Positions 1 through 12,406 of a stretch of DNA of 64,000 nt are shown here, piece after piece. The position numbers were made by a program, and so were the translations under genes. Under the pieces are notes generated by a model. It searched no databases, was not told the origin of the DNA, and saw only the letters and a program-made list of their open reading frames with translations. Source of the stretch: Candidatus Latescibacterota bacterium (GTDB taxonomy: Bacteria > Latescibacterota > UBA2968 > GCA-2709665); NCBI GenBank assembly GCA_965226795.1, contig CBDDDZ010000005.1, forward strand, positions 2,656,001 to 2,720,000. The letters are read 5' to 3'. Positions within the stretch are counted from its first letter, which is position 1. Every line of letters starts with the position of its first letter.

Positions 1-2
1 TG

Positions 3-710
3 CTCAGCGGGGAGGCCGGAGATCTGGACGAAGAACAACGGAAACTCATCCAGGAAATCTGCCAGGACCTCACCGACAACCTCGAACGCATCCGTGAACA
101 CGGCGAGCGTGCCAACCGCATCGTTCAGGACATGCTGTCGATGGGACGGGGTTCGGCCCAGAGACAGCCCACCAATATCAACGACCTGCTCGACGAACAC
201 GCCAGGCTTGCCTACCACAGCGTAAGGGCGAGCGACCCGGATTTCCAACTAGACATCAAACAGGATCTGGACCCGTCCGTAGGCGACGTCGAGGTGGTAC
301 CTCAGGACATGGGCCGCGTTTTCCTGAACATGGTGAGTAATGCCTGCCACGCGATCGACGAAAAACGGCGCGAGAATGATCAGTCGGACAATAACATAGC
401 GCCATACATGCCTACGCTTTCGTTGACGACGCGACGTGGCCAGGAACGGCTCGAGGTACGTATCAGGGATAACGGAAACGGAATTCCGCCCGACGTCGTC
501 GACAAGATTTTCAACCCGTTTTTTACGACCAAGCCCACCGACCAGGGCACGGGGCTCGGTCTTGCCCTTTCGAACGATATTGTACGCGAGCACGGAGGCA
601 GCATTCGGGTCGAAACCGAACCCGGCGAATTTACCGAAATGGTTGTTGAAATACCCCTGGAAGCTCCCGCATTGGTGGCTGAGGAGACCACCGATGAGGA
701 TTCGCCCTGA
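3..710 (+). CDS. Sensor histidine kinase, C-terminal HATPase_c part (5'-truncated by window edge)
   Basis: Frame is open from position 3. N box (VFLNMVSNACHA), G1 (IRDNGNGI), F box (IFNPFFTTK) and G2 (GTGLGL) are present. Confidence 0.93.
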   Translation, partial: LSGEAGDLDEEQRKLIQEICQDLTDNLERIREHGERANRIVQDMLSMGRGSAQRQPTNINDLLDEHARLAYHSVRASDPDFQLDIKQDLDPSVGDVEVVPQDMGRVFLNMVSNACHAIDEKRRENDQSDNNIAPYMPTLSLTTRRGQERLEVRIRDNGNGIPPDVVDKIFNPFFTTKPTDQGTGLGLALSNDIVREHGGSIRVETEPGEFTEMVVEIPLEAPALVAEETTDEDSP

Positions 711-907
711 TCTCAGAACGCCTCACATGCGCCACCCCGTTGCCGGACCACTCAGATCGCCTGGTTCCTTTCCACGCGACAGAGTCCGTAGTCCGGACCG
801 CCGCCATCCGCCGGACAATGGCATCGAGCAGGCTGTTGCGCAGCATTGAACCGTTTTTCCGGATCATAACGCTGCTTTTTTCGTAGAGATAACGAGACTC
901 GGCCAAA

Positions 908-2422
908 ATGTCGTTAAGATTTCGCAATTTGTCGGTGTTGGTGTTCGCAGGATGTCTGCCGTGGGGCTGTGGCGGCGAACGTGCGGTTGCGCCCCGGATA
1001 TCGAAGGCAGAGGAACCGGCGGAACAACCGTTGGGCAAATTGGCTGCCGGAGGCATTGCGACGCGGGCCGTTGTGGTGGCTACTGTGCGGCAGGACGGCG
1101 CTCCGTTGGGTGGTGTCACCGTCGCATTCACTCGTTCGGTTTCCGGAAAGGCGCCGAATTTCGCGTGGACCGACACGACGGATTCGTATGGACGAGCGCG
1201 CGTGGATATTGCCGTCGTCCGGGGCGGCTACTATAAAGCCCGCGCGACGCGGGGCGGCAACCCGTTGGGTTCCTGGTCGAGCCTTCCGATCAATGGTGGA
1301 CAACGTGTAACGGTTGAGCTGCCGGTCGGGGGGAAGGCGCGGGTGACCGGCACGTCTATTCTAGTGTCGGGGATTCTCCCTGCAGAGATTCAAATCGGCG
1401 TCGTCTTGCCCCTCACGGGCGACGGCATGGCCGTCGGCCAATTCGTAAGAAATGGAATGGAACTTGCGCAAGAAGAGGTCAGCCGATATGAACTCGATTC
1501 TTCAACAATAAACTTCATCGTCGAAGACAGTGAGAGCAATCCGGATGTCGCTGTAACGGCCTTCGAAAAGCTAATTCACGAGGACGACGTTACGGTTATT
1601 CTGGGGCCTGGCTATTCGTCTTCAGCTGCCGTGGCTTTTCCGATTGCCCAGCAAAACAACGTGGTGGCGTTCAGTCCCACCGCGGCAGCCGCCGGATTGG
1701 GGGCAATTGGCGAATTCGTGTTCAGGATTCCGACGCCTGTAAGTCGGATCGCACAAAGCACGCTTGAGATTGCAAGAACGAAGCTGAGATTGAACAGTGT
1801 TGCCGTTATATACGATAGCACGGACGTTTTTTCACAGAGTGGTTTCGAGGAATCCGAAAAGGTACTTGATAAATTGGGCGTCGAGACGTTTGCAACCGAG
1901 GCGTTCGCAACCGGAAAAACCGACTTTTCCGTCGAACTGACACGAATAAACGACTCGAAACCCGATCTCATCCTCGTCTGGACCCGGCCGGTGGAACGGG
2001 TTGCGATTCCCGTGCAGGGCCGTCGGCTTGGTATTCCTTACGGCATACCCTTCCTCGTTTTCGGCTTTGCGTCAAGCCAGATAGAAGTAGCCGGCGCCGC
2101 AGCTGAAGGGTTGATAACAGGGACGTTTTGGTCCCGTTCAATCGCGACCCCCGAAAATCACGCCTTTATTGAGAACTACCGCGTCAGATTCGGCACCGAT
2201 CCCGACCTGTTCGCGGCAGAAGGCTATGCGTGCGTTCATATCCTTACAGCGGCGATGAAGAAAGCCGGTTCAACGGCGTCCGGGGCACTAAGGGATGCTC
2301 TGGCCACGATCGATATTCCGACAGTTTTAGGACAATTCGCCTTCGACGAGAATGGTGACCCGACTTATCCAGCAGTCCTGCAGGTGGTCAGAAACGGTAA
2401 ATTCGAAACTCTGGGGAATTGA
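908..2422 (+). CDS. Lipoprotein: N-terminal beta-sandwich-like module fused to a LivJ/LivK-type (branched-chain amino acid) ABC substrate-binding domain
   Basis: Signal peptide ending in PWGC. From about aa 160: IGVVLPLTG...VEDSESNP...ILGPGYSS...FVFRI...AAEGY...TVLGQFAFDENGD, typical of Peripla_BP_6. Confidence 0.85.
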   Translation: MSLRFRNLSVLVFAGCLPWGCGGERAVAPRISKAEEPAEQPLGKLAAGGIATRAVVVATVRQDGAPLGGVTVAFTRSVSGKAPNFAWTDTTDSYGRARVDIAVVRGGYYKARATRGGNPLGSWSSLPINGGQRVTVELPVGGKARVTGTSILVSGILPAEIQIGVVLPLTGDGMAVGQFVRNGMELAQEEVSRYELDSSTINFIVEDSESNPDVAVTAFEKLIHEDDVTVILGPGYSSSAAVAFPIAQQNNVVAFSPTAAAAGLGAIGEFVFRIPTPVSRIAQSTLEIARTKLRLNSVAVIYDSTDVFSQSGFEESEKVLDKLGVETFATEAFATGKTDFSVELTRINDSKPDLILVWTRPVERVAIPVQGRRLGIPYGIPFLVFGFASSQIEVAGAAAEGLITGTFWSRSIATPENHAFIENYRVRFGTDPDLFAAEGYACVHILTAAMKKAGSTASGALRDALATIDIPTVLGQFAFDENGDPTYPAVLQVVRNGKFETLGN

Positions 2423-2511
2423 AAATACGTTTTGGCAACGCAGAATCGAAATACAATTCCCACCGATTCTGTCAACTAAATCCCACAACGGCAATTATTT
2501 ATACGGTTACG

Positions 2512-3946
2512 ATGAAATTTGATACGTACGGCCTTGATCCATCCATTTACGACGAGATGTTCCTTCCGGACGGTACTCCCAGGGCGCATTACCGCCCGCT
2601 TTTAGAAGCGCTGAGCGAACTCTCAACGGAGGAACTCACAAGCATTCAGGAACGCGTAACCCGTTCGTTTTCAAATGAGGGCATCACCTTTACAGTTCAC
2701 GGCGATGAGGAGGCCGCTGAACGGATCATACCCGTCGACTGCCTGCCAAGGATTTTATCCGGCGCCGAGTGGCGTCAGCTCGTCAAGGGCCTCACACAGC
2801 GCCTCTCCGCCCTGAACCGCTTTCTTCAAGACATATACAATGACGCACACATCGTCGGAGACGGCGTCATTCCGGCGGACATGGTACAGGGCTGTCCACA
2901 GTACCGGGTTGAGATGCGCGGCGCCTCCCCTCCTCATGGCGCATGGGTATCCATCTGCGAAACCGACCTCGTGCGCACCAATGACGGCTTTCTTGTACTT
3001 GAGGACAACCTGCGCGTTCCCTCGGGTGTTTCGTATATGGTAGCGAATCGTAAAGCGGTGAAAGCAAGTCTGCGCCGCCTTTACAGACGTTCGCGTGTAT
3101 AGGATGTGGAACACTACGGCAGGTTGCTACGTGAAACCCTTTCAGAACTCGCGCCAGGGGGGCGGGCCGACCCGTGCATCGTGCTGCTCACACCCGGAGT
3201 TTACAACTCGGCTTTTTACGAACACATGTTTCTGGCCCGCGAAATTGGCGCGGCTCTTGTCGAGGGCCGGGATCTGCTCGTGAACGACGGTTTTGTCTAC
3301 ATGCGAACCACCGCGGGCCTCCGGCGCGTCGACGTGATTTACCGGCGTGTAGACGACGACTTTCTGGATCCCCTCGTCTTTCGCGCGGATTCCCTGCTAG
3401 GTGTGCCAGGCTTACTCCACGCCTGCAAACTTGGCAATGTGACCCTCGTGAACGCGCCCGGAACCGGTTTGGCCGACGACAAGAGCGTCTATGCCTACGT
3501 TCCGGACATGATACGCTACTACCCTGGGCGAAGAGCCCGTTCTGGCCAACGTCGAGACCTATCTGTGCCGCAGGCCGGAACACCTCGAGTACACGCTCGA
3601 CAACCTCGAAAAACTGGTTGTAAAGCGGGTCGGCGAGTCTGGCGGTTACGGCATGCTGGTCGGTACCCACGCCACACCCGAGGAACGCCAGGAGTACGCC
3701 ACGCAGTTGCGCGCCAACCCGGCTGACTTCATCTCCCAGCCTGTTCTGCCGCTGTCGCGTGCGCCGTGTCTTGTCGACGACCGGTTTGAGCCGCGCCACG
3801 TAGACTTGCGTCCATTTGTGCTGCACGGGCGTGAGACTCGGATCGTGCCCGGGGCATTCTGCCGTGTCGCCTTGCGCCGAGGCAGCCTGGTCGTTAATTC
3901 CAGTCAGGGCGGTGGCGGCATAGACCTCTGGGTGCTGGGAAACTGA
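2512..3946 (+). pseudogene. Circularly permuted type 2 ATP-grasp protein, disrupted
   Basis: Motifs [83 protein letters not shown]. In-frame TAG at 3100-3102 and an extra C at about 3523 that restores [15 protein letters not shown] when removed. Confidence 0.88.
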
Positions 3947-4020
3947 GCAGTCGCATCCATAACATCTGTCAGGTAAAACACGCATCTCACCGTTGTGCAA
4001 GAACCACGAAAGGAGAAGGT

Positions 4021-5406
4021 ATGAAGGGTTTCCCGAAAGTACCGTTTCTCAAGCGCGTCGGCGGTTCCCCTTGTAGAATCGCTCTGCTGTTGCTAGGCTG
4101 TCTGCTTTGCGGGACCACCGCCGCGTATGCGGCGGTTGACCAGGAGACCATGTTCGTCTTCAACACCTTCGCGTTTCTGATCTGGGGCGCGCTGATTATG
4201 TGGATGTGTGCCGGGTTCACAATGCTCGAATCGGGTTCGGTACGCACCAAGAACGTCGGGATGATCTGCATGAAGAACATAGGTCTTTACTCGATAGCCG
4301 GTCTCGCCTATTACTTCATCGGTTACAATTTGATGTATACGGAGGTGGGGAAGTTCATCGGCTCATTTAAGCTCCTCTACGGTCCGTCTGCTGCCGATCT
4401 CGCCCTCGTAGCGGGGCAGGAAACGGCCAAGGCCAAGGTTATCGCGAACAAATATTCCACCATGTCCGACTGGTTCTTCCAGATGGTATTTGTGGCGACG
4501 GCCGCCTCGATTGTCTCCGGTGCGTTGGCGGAACGGGTCAAGATGTGGTCCTTCTTTTTATTCACGCTGGCCCTGACGGCTGTCATCTACCCCGTGGTGG
4601 GCGCCTGGACCTGGGGCGGAGGGTGGTTGAGTGCAATGGGATTCAAGGATTTCGCCGGCTCGACCATAGTTCACAGCACCGGTGGATGGGCGGCGCTTGC
4701 TGGCGTGCTGGTCGTCGGCCCACGATTGGGGAAATACCGAAAGGACGGCACCGTTAAGGCTACACCACCATCCAATATCGTGGCGGTAACGTTAGGCGTG
4801 TTCATCCTCTGGTTTGGTTGGCTCGGTTTCAACGGCGGGTCGCAGTTGGCGTTGGGGAGCGCCGCTGATGCGGTGGCTATGAGCCATGTGCTAGTCAACA
4901 CGAATCTCGCGGCGTCTGCCGGCGTGTTGGTAGCGCTTGTCGTTTCCAGACCCATCCTCGGCCGAATGGACCTGTTCGCCAGTCTGAACGGAGCGATTGC
5001 GGGGCTGGTTTCAATAACTGCCGGTCCCGACATCGTCCAACATTATTGGGCAATTGTAATCGGCGGCGTGGGCGCCATCCTCTGCACGCTGGGAATTCGG
5101 CTGCTGGAAAGGTTGAAAATCGACGACGTCGTCGGTGCGGTACCCGCCCACCTCTTCGCCGGCATCTGGGGAACGCTGGCGGTCTGCATCGTCGCAGGCG
5201 GCAACTTCGGCGTCCAACTGTTGGGTATCGTAGCGGTTGGCGCGTTCGTGTTTTCGACTACGTGGGTGCTGTGGAGCCTGTTGAGCGTGACCCTGAAAGT
5301 CCGCGTGTCCGACAAGGTCGAGCGGCTGGGGCAGGATGTAGGGGAACTGGGAATGGAGGCATATCCCGAATTTGTACTCACACCGGAAGAAGCTGATGAG
5401 GACTGA
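4021..5406 (+). CDS. amtB: Ammonium transporter (Amt/Mep/Rh family)
   Basis: GFTMLESGSVRTKN, FFQMVF, SGALAER, DFAGSTIVHSTGG, WFGWLGFNGGS, IDDVVGAVPAH (both pore His present). RBS AAGGAG upstream. Confidence 0.95.
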   Translation: MKGFPKVPFLKRVGGSPCRIALLLLGCLLCGTTAAYAAVDQETMFVFNTFAFLIWGALIMWMCAGFTMLESGSVRTKNVGMICMKNIGLYSIAGLAYYFIGYNLMYTEVGKFIGSFKLLYGPSAADLALVAGQETAKAKVIANKYSTMSDWFFQMVFVATAASIVSGALAERVKMWSFFLFTLALTAVIYPVVGAWTWGGGWLSAMGFKDFAGSTIVHSTGGWAALAGVLVVGPRLGKYRKDGTVKATPPSNIVAVTLGVFILWFGWLGFNGGSQLALGSAADAVAMSHVLVNTNLAASAGVLVALVVSRPILGRMDLFASLNGAIAGLVSITAGPDIVQHYWAIVIGGVGAILCTLGIRLLERLKIDDVVGAVPAHLFAGIWGTLAVCIVAGGNFGVQLLGIVAVGAFVFSTTWVLWSLLSVTLKVRVSDKVERLGQDVGELGMEAYPEFVLTPEEADED

Positions 5407-6390
5407 TGACAACGAATCCTGGAAATCCCAGACTTCTCTCACGCAGTGCGCAGGGCCTTTATTGGATGGGCCGCTACCTGGAACGGGCGGAGTATCTCTG
5501 TCGCCTGTTGCGATTCCAGGTGGAAGCGCTGGTGGACCGGCCGATCCGGGAGATCTATTTCGGCTGGAGTCGAATCTACATGAGCCTGAATCGGCAGCCA
5601 CCCGGCGGCAGTATAACAATGGTCGGGAACGACGATTTCACGCTTGCCGATTCCTACACGCTGGTCGATGATCTCACTTTCGAGCGCTCAAATCCAGATT
5701 CCGTCTGGAGTTGTTTCTCGCTGGGACGTGAGAATGCGCGGCAGATGCGTCACTGCATCAGCGGGGAGATGTGGACCTGTCTGAACCTGGCGTATCTGCG
5801 GCTCCAGAAGCTGAGTATTAGGGATATCTGGAAGACCTCGCCGGAGAACTTTTATTCAGAGACGGCAGGCGACATCAACACGTTTGCCGGCGTGGCGGAA
5901 GCAACGATGTATCGCGACGAAGGGTGGCATTTCCTGCAACTCGGATGTTGTATGGAACGTGCCCAATGTTCCGCTACGTTGTTTCTTTCTCAACTCTCCA
6001 TGGACAAAATGATGGACGAGTCCTCCGACGCGGACTGGACGAACCTCTTGCACGTCTGCCAGGCGTTTGATGCTTACGGCCGCAATTATAGCGTCGACGT
6101 CCAAGCCGCCCCAGGTCCTCGACCTGCTCGTCACCGACCCTCTTCTACACGGCTCTGTATGCTACTCGCTCGACGCGGAGGCCGCGGAACTCAACGCCAT
6201 CGGTCCCGGGCCCGATGAGCAATCCAGTGCAGTAGCCCGGCGCCTGGCCAGGCGTATGTGCGCGCTGATCCATTACGATTGGCCCGATCGCGAAGACCAC
6301 GAGGCCCTCCTCGGAAACCTCATCGGTTACTGCCGGGAATTGCATGATCTTGTAACCGCCGCTTATATCGATTACGCCGTCGTTGATTGA
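5406..6390 (+). pseudogene. Alpha-E domain protein (DUF403-like), frameshifted
   Basis: LLSRSAQGLYWMGRYLERAE, RENARQMR...ISGEMW, TMYRDEGWHFLQLG..MERA. Extra C in the CCCC run at 6109-6112 moves the frame into QVLDLLVTDP... The start overlaps the amt stop (TGATG). Confidence 0.85.
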
Positions 6391-6410
6391 CTTGCGAGTG
6401 TGCTGATACC

Positions 6411-7285
6411 GTGTCTGGAACCATCCAGTACGAAATCACGCACGTCTCACGTTACCAGTACACATTCCCGGCGCGCCAGTGCGTCATGTTACTTTGCCTG
6501 AAGCCGCTCGACACCGGGGGTCAGCAGCTCGTTCGTTTTGAGGTCGAAACGAAACCACAGGGCGCCCTGAACGCTGAAACGGATCCTTTTGGCAACACGC
6601 GCCACGTTCTCAACGTCCACCGGGAGCACGCTGCGCTGGAGATTTCGGCCCACTCGACCGTAAGTTCCGGGCTCCCTCCGCACCGCTTCCATCCGGACTC
6701 GGAGCGGCCGCGTGGAAGGTGATTGACACCTGGAAGTATTCATTCCAGCATTGGGACTTTACGCATCCCAGCGCGATGGCGAAGCCGTCGGCGGCACTCG
6801 CCGACTTCACCAAAAAAAATGGCCTTGCGCGTGGGTATGATCCGCTCAGGGATCTGATCCTGCTTTCCGACACCCTGCACAGCAGGTTTCAATACGCTCC
6901 GGGAAGCACATCGGCCGTGTCTCCAATTGAGGAAATTCTGAATTCGGGACGCGAGGTCTGCCAGGACTATGCCCACGTTATGATCGCGGTCGCCCGCTCC
7001 TGGGGCGTTCCCGCCCGCTATGTCTCGGGCTATCTCTACGTCTCCGGTTCTCCCGACGGCCAGGCCTGGAGCAATGCCACCCACGCCTGGGTGGAATGTC
7101 TGCTTCCGGAACTCGGCTGGGTGGGCTTCGATCCCACCAACCAGAGTCTTGCCGACGAACGACACGTCCGAATCGCGACCGGACGCGACTATCTGGACAT
7201 CTCTCCCACCCGAGGCGTCCGTCAGGGCGGCGGTGAGACGCGGCTCGAAGTCGATGTTCGGATGCGCCCCCGGACGGATCCGTAA
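6411..7285 (+). pseudogene. Transglutaminase family protein (Bact_transglu_N + Transglut_core), frameshifted
   Basis: YEITHVSRYQY...DPFGN N-domain; core VCQDYAH...PARYVSGYL...ATHAWVE...GWVGFDPTN...GRDYLDISP. Frameshift near 6665-6675. Confidence 0.87.
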
Positions 7286-7293
7286 TTCCGCTC

Positions 7294-7322
7294 TTGACAG
7301 ATCTCTTCTTCCTCTATATCTT
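7294..7322 (+). promoter_or_regulatory. Sigma70-type promoter for the thiC leader
   Basis: TTGACA (7294-7299), 17 nt spacer, TATCTT (7317-7322), immediately upstream of the riboswitch. Confidence 0.7.
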
Positions 7323-7333
7323 GTATATCAAGA

Positions 7334-9234
<1,901 letters not shown>

Positions 9235-9362
9235 ATATCGTCGGGTGATCGGCCGATTCTCCGTCAGAGACCGTTATGGATTTCATCTGTCTCGACGCAA
9301 CGTTCGAGCCAGAGTCGGCCGCATTACTCCGTTCCTCATCACGGTTTTAATACTAAGCAGGA

Positions 9363-10727
9363 TCAGCTTCGTGCTTCAATCGGTGACACCCGTCGCTGTC
9401 CGTTTTCCCTGACTTCAGCCGCTTGGACGTCCGGCGCCTCCTCGCCGGCTTCAACCATTCGGCGGAGCAGCCTCTGCCTCATTATCTCAGCCACCTCCGC
9501 ATGTGAGGTCATGCCGATAAGGTTGCACAGTTCGTACGGGTCTGCCTCCAGGTCGTACAGATATTGTTCGATGTACCGATCCGACCCTGCGCTCTGCGCG
9601 CCGTGCCGTTCCGGCGCGTCCACACCGTACTTCCACCGATGGGTGCGCACGGCCCGTCCGACCTGTGCCTCGCTGATCTGCACAAACGTCTCCTCGGGCC
9701 ACCCCTCGTTGTCCCCGACGGTCAGTGGCAGAATCGAACTCCCCTGCATCTCTTCGGGCACCGGAATCCCGGCCGCATCCAGAAGCGTAGGGGTCAGGTC
9801 GATCGTGTTCACCAAATTAGAGATACGCCCCCCGCCGTCAAATCCCGGCCCCCGGAGAGCCGTAGGCACCCGAATCGAACTCTCGTGGCAGGACCGTTTG
9901 TACTCGGCGTTCCGGGTCTTGAAGTGGCAACCGTGGTCCGACGTAAACATCACGACCGTCTGTTCCGCCAAGCCCGTGCTCTTCAGCGTGTCCAGCATCC
10001 TCCCCAGGGCCTCATCCAGCCGCTTCACCATCCCGTAATAACCCCCGAGATGGCGATGGGCCGATCCGCCCAGTGACGCCAGATCCGGCGGAATCCACCC
10101 GCCGCTATACCGTTCCCGGTAACCATCCGGCGCCGGATAGTCGTCGATATGGTTCTGATGGTGGGGTTCGATATAGGAGACGAAAAGAAAAAACGGACGT
10201 TCCTGATTCGCGTGTATATACCGGATGGCCGCATCCGTAACCGCATCGACCCGATATCCCGGCAGGTCCACCGGCTCTTCCTCGTTGTCGTACAGGATCG
10301 TCCGGTAGGCCTCCGACGTGAATTCCAGCACGTTCGACGCCAGCCAGTATTCGTAGCCTCCACGTCCCTCCCGTGGTACCGGTCCGGTCGTTCCCCTTCC
10401 GTACAGATGCCACTTGCCGATATATGCCGTGCGGTAACCGGCGTCTCTGAAGTGGTGTGCCAGGGTCCGACTATCTGGGGGCAGAGGGATTCCATTGCGA
10501 AAGCACCCCGTTGTCGTCGCATACAACCCGGTCTGCAGACAGGACCGCGCGGGACCACAGACGGGCTGGCAGGTGAATGAATTGAATACATGGGTGCCCC
10601 GCTGTGCCATCCGGTCGAAATTGGGTGTCAGATCCATGGGGTTCCCGTGAACGCCGGTTGTATCCCATCGTTGTTGATCGGTATAAAAAACCACCACGTT
10701 AGGTATTTCTGAACTACCCCTTGTCAT
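9363..10727 (-). CDS. Cys-type sulfatase family hydrolase
   Basis: PNVVVFYTDQQR, CGPAR (CxPxR), GKWHL, TSDHG, LYDLEADPYE. RBS GGAGG. Confidence 0.93.
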   Translation of the reverse strand: MTRGSSEIPNVVVFYTDQQRWDTTGVHGNPMDLTPNFDRMAQRGTHVFNSFTCQPVCGPARSCLQTGLYATTTGCFRNGIPLPPDSRTLAHHFRDAGYRTAYIGKWHLYGRGTTGPVPREGRGGYEYWLASNVLEFTSEAYRTILYDNEEEPVDLPGYRVDAVTDAAIRYIHANQERPFFLFVSYIEPHHQNHIDDYPAPDGYRERYSGGWIPPDLASLGGSAHRHLGGYYGMVKRLDEALGRMLDTLKSTGLAEQTVVMFTSDHGCHFKTRNAEYKRSCHESSIRVPTALRGPGFDGGGRISNLVNTIDLTPTLLDAAGIPVPEEMQGSSILPLTVGDNEGWPEETFVQISEAQVGRAVRTHRWKYGVDAPERHGAQSAGSDRYIEQYLYDLEADPYELCNLIGMTSHAEVAEIMRQRLLRRMVEAGEEAPDVQAAEVRENGQRRVSPIEARS

Positions 10728-11016
10728 ACCTGCCTCCGTTGCCTTACATATCGGGTTGTCGGAATGCGATGCGAGGTTGCACATGCCGGAAACGCCACTC
10801 CATGCGCGCCCCGGGATTGACGCCTCACACCCGGTTCAATGAATGCATCTCATTGTACTGAAACAACTGTCTGTAGATTTGCTTATTGGATATTGTAGAC
10901 CCCTTCGCTTTCAGACACACTGCGAAAGAACGTGACAGATCGCCTGCACAGCGATATCTTAGGGAGCCGTCAGACGCCGCCCCGACCCCTCTTCCATGGT
11001 ACCCTGGGAACGTCCA

Positions 11017-12312
11017 ATGGAAAACAAGCCGATGCGAGATCTGCTTGAAAAGGCCGACCGCTACCTTGCCGGCGGCTGTCTGGGCAGCTTTCGGATGCCG
11101 GACGAAGTCGCAACCGTGATCCGGCGCGGAAACGGTTGCCGGATCTACGACACCGAAGACCGGGAGTATATCGACTACGTCCTCGGATCCGGCCCGCTCA
11201 TCCTGGGCCACGCCCACCCCGCTGTGGTCGAAGCCGTCCAACGCCAGGTTGCGCTGGGCTCGACCTTCTACGCGCTCAACGAACCCATCATCCGGCTGGC
11301 CGAGCGCATCGTTGAAGCCTCGCCCTGCGGGGAATCCATCCGCTTCACCTCCTCGGGCACCGAAGGTACTTTTTCCGCGCTGCGAATGGCGCGGGCGTTC
11401 ACCGGCCGCGAGAAGATCCTGAAATTCGAGGGCGGCTGGCACGGAGCCCACGACTACGCCCAGCAGAGCACGACACCGCCGAAGCCCACGGACGGTCCTT
11501 TGCCCGTCCCCGACTCCCACGGCATACCCAAAGCCGTCGGCCAATCGGTTCTGGTCGCCCCTTTCAACGATGCCAACGTCGCCGAAGAACTCATCGCGTC
11601 CTACGCAGACGACCTGGCGGCCGTTATCGTCGAACCCTTTCAACGCGCCCTTAGGCCCGAACCCGGCTTTCTGGAAGCCATCCGGCAAGCTTCAAGCACC
11701 CACGGCACCATCCTCATTTTCGACGAAGTCGTTACCGGCTTCCGCATCGCATGGGGCGGCGCACAGGAGCGCTACGGCGTCGTACCGGACGTCGCCGTCT
11801 ACGGAAAGACGATTAGCGGTGGGTATCCGATGGCCGCCGTCTGTGGGCGCGCGGATATCCTCGCATTCGCCGACCCCCGCCGTAAAGGGAACGCGCCGTA
11901 TGCCTTTGTGAGCGGCACCACTAATGGGAACCCCGTCAGCGCCGCCGCCGGCCTGGCAACGTTAGACGTACTGGAAACCGACGGCGTCTACACACGGCTC
12001 TACGAAATCCCCGCACGTCTAAGGAACGGCCTGGAAGCACTCGGCGCACGGGCGGGGCTGCCCCTTCAAGTCCTGGGCGAAGGACCGGTCCTACAGCCCT
12101 ATTTCGCTGATATCGAAATCCGAAACTACGCCGACACACTGAGAGCCGACGCAGGTGCCGCCAAACAATTCGGCATTGAAATGATCAAACGTGGCATCTT
12201 CTTCAACCCGGGCAGTAAGATCTATTTTTCGCTTGCCCACACCGAGGCGGACATCGACCGGACACTGGAGGCCGCTGAGGCGGCCCTCAAGCGGGTTGAA
12301 GTCGATATATAG
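11017..12312 (+). CDS. Class III PLP aminotransferase (glutamate-1-semialdehyde aminomutase-like)
   Basis: EYIDYVLGSGPLILGH, RFTSSGTE, KFEGGWHG, LIFDEVVTGFR, YGKTISGG. Confidence 0.9.
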   Translation: MENKPMRDLLEKADRYLAGGCLGSFRMPDEVATVIRRGNGCRIYDTEDREYIDYVLGSGPLILGHAHPAVVEAVQRQVALGSTFYALNEPIIRLAERIVEASPCGESIRFTSSGTEGTFSALRMARAFTGREKILKFEGGWHGAHDYAQQSTTPPKPTDGPLPVPDSHGIPKAVGQSVLVAPFNDANVAEELIASYADDLAAVIVEPFQRALRPEPGFLEAIRQASSTHGTILIFDEVVTGFRIAWGGAQERYGVVPDVAVYGKTISGGYPMAAVCGRADILAFADPRRKGNAPYAFVSGTTNGNPVSAAAGLATLDVLETDGVYTRLYEIPARLRNGLEALGARAGLPLQVLGEGPVLQPYFADIEIRNYADTLRADAGAAKQFGIEMIKRGIFFNPGSKIYFSLAHTEADIDRTLEAAEAALKRVEVDI

Positions 12313-12406
12313 CATCGGCAGGGGAAAAGGCGGTGTGGCGGCTGCCCGTGAATCGTTGAGGGCCGCTTCACGGGCGCGTCCCGTCTTCAAAGGCGAATCG
12401 TAATAT

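Noticed and set aside
3100..3102. In-frame TAG as stop-codon recoding or pyrrolysine
   Set aside because: TAG is the normal terminator of several intact genes here (e.g. 12312, 13405, 17267) and the same gene also carries a frameshift, so decay is simpler.
11017..12312. Calling this gene (or 53002-54228) hemL
   Set aside because: Both lack the N-terminal PGGVNSPVR signature of true HemL and have no tetrapyrrole context; kept at family level.
12344..12375. Hairpin GCCCGTGAA...TTCACGGGC as a terminator
   Set aside because: No U-tract and a long loop, between co-directional genes; function cannot be supported.
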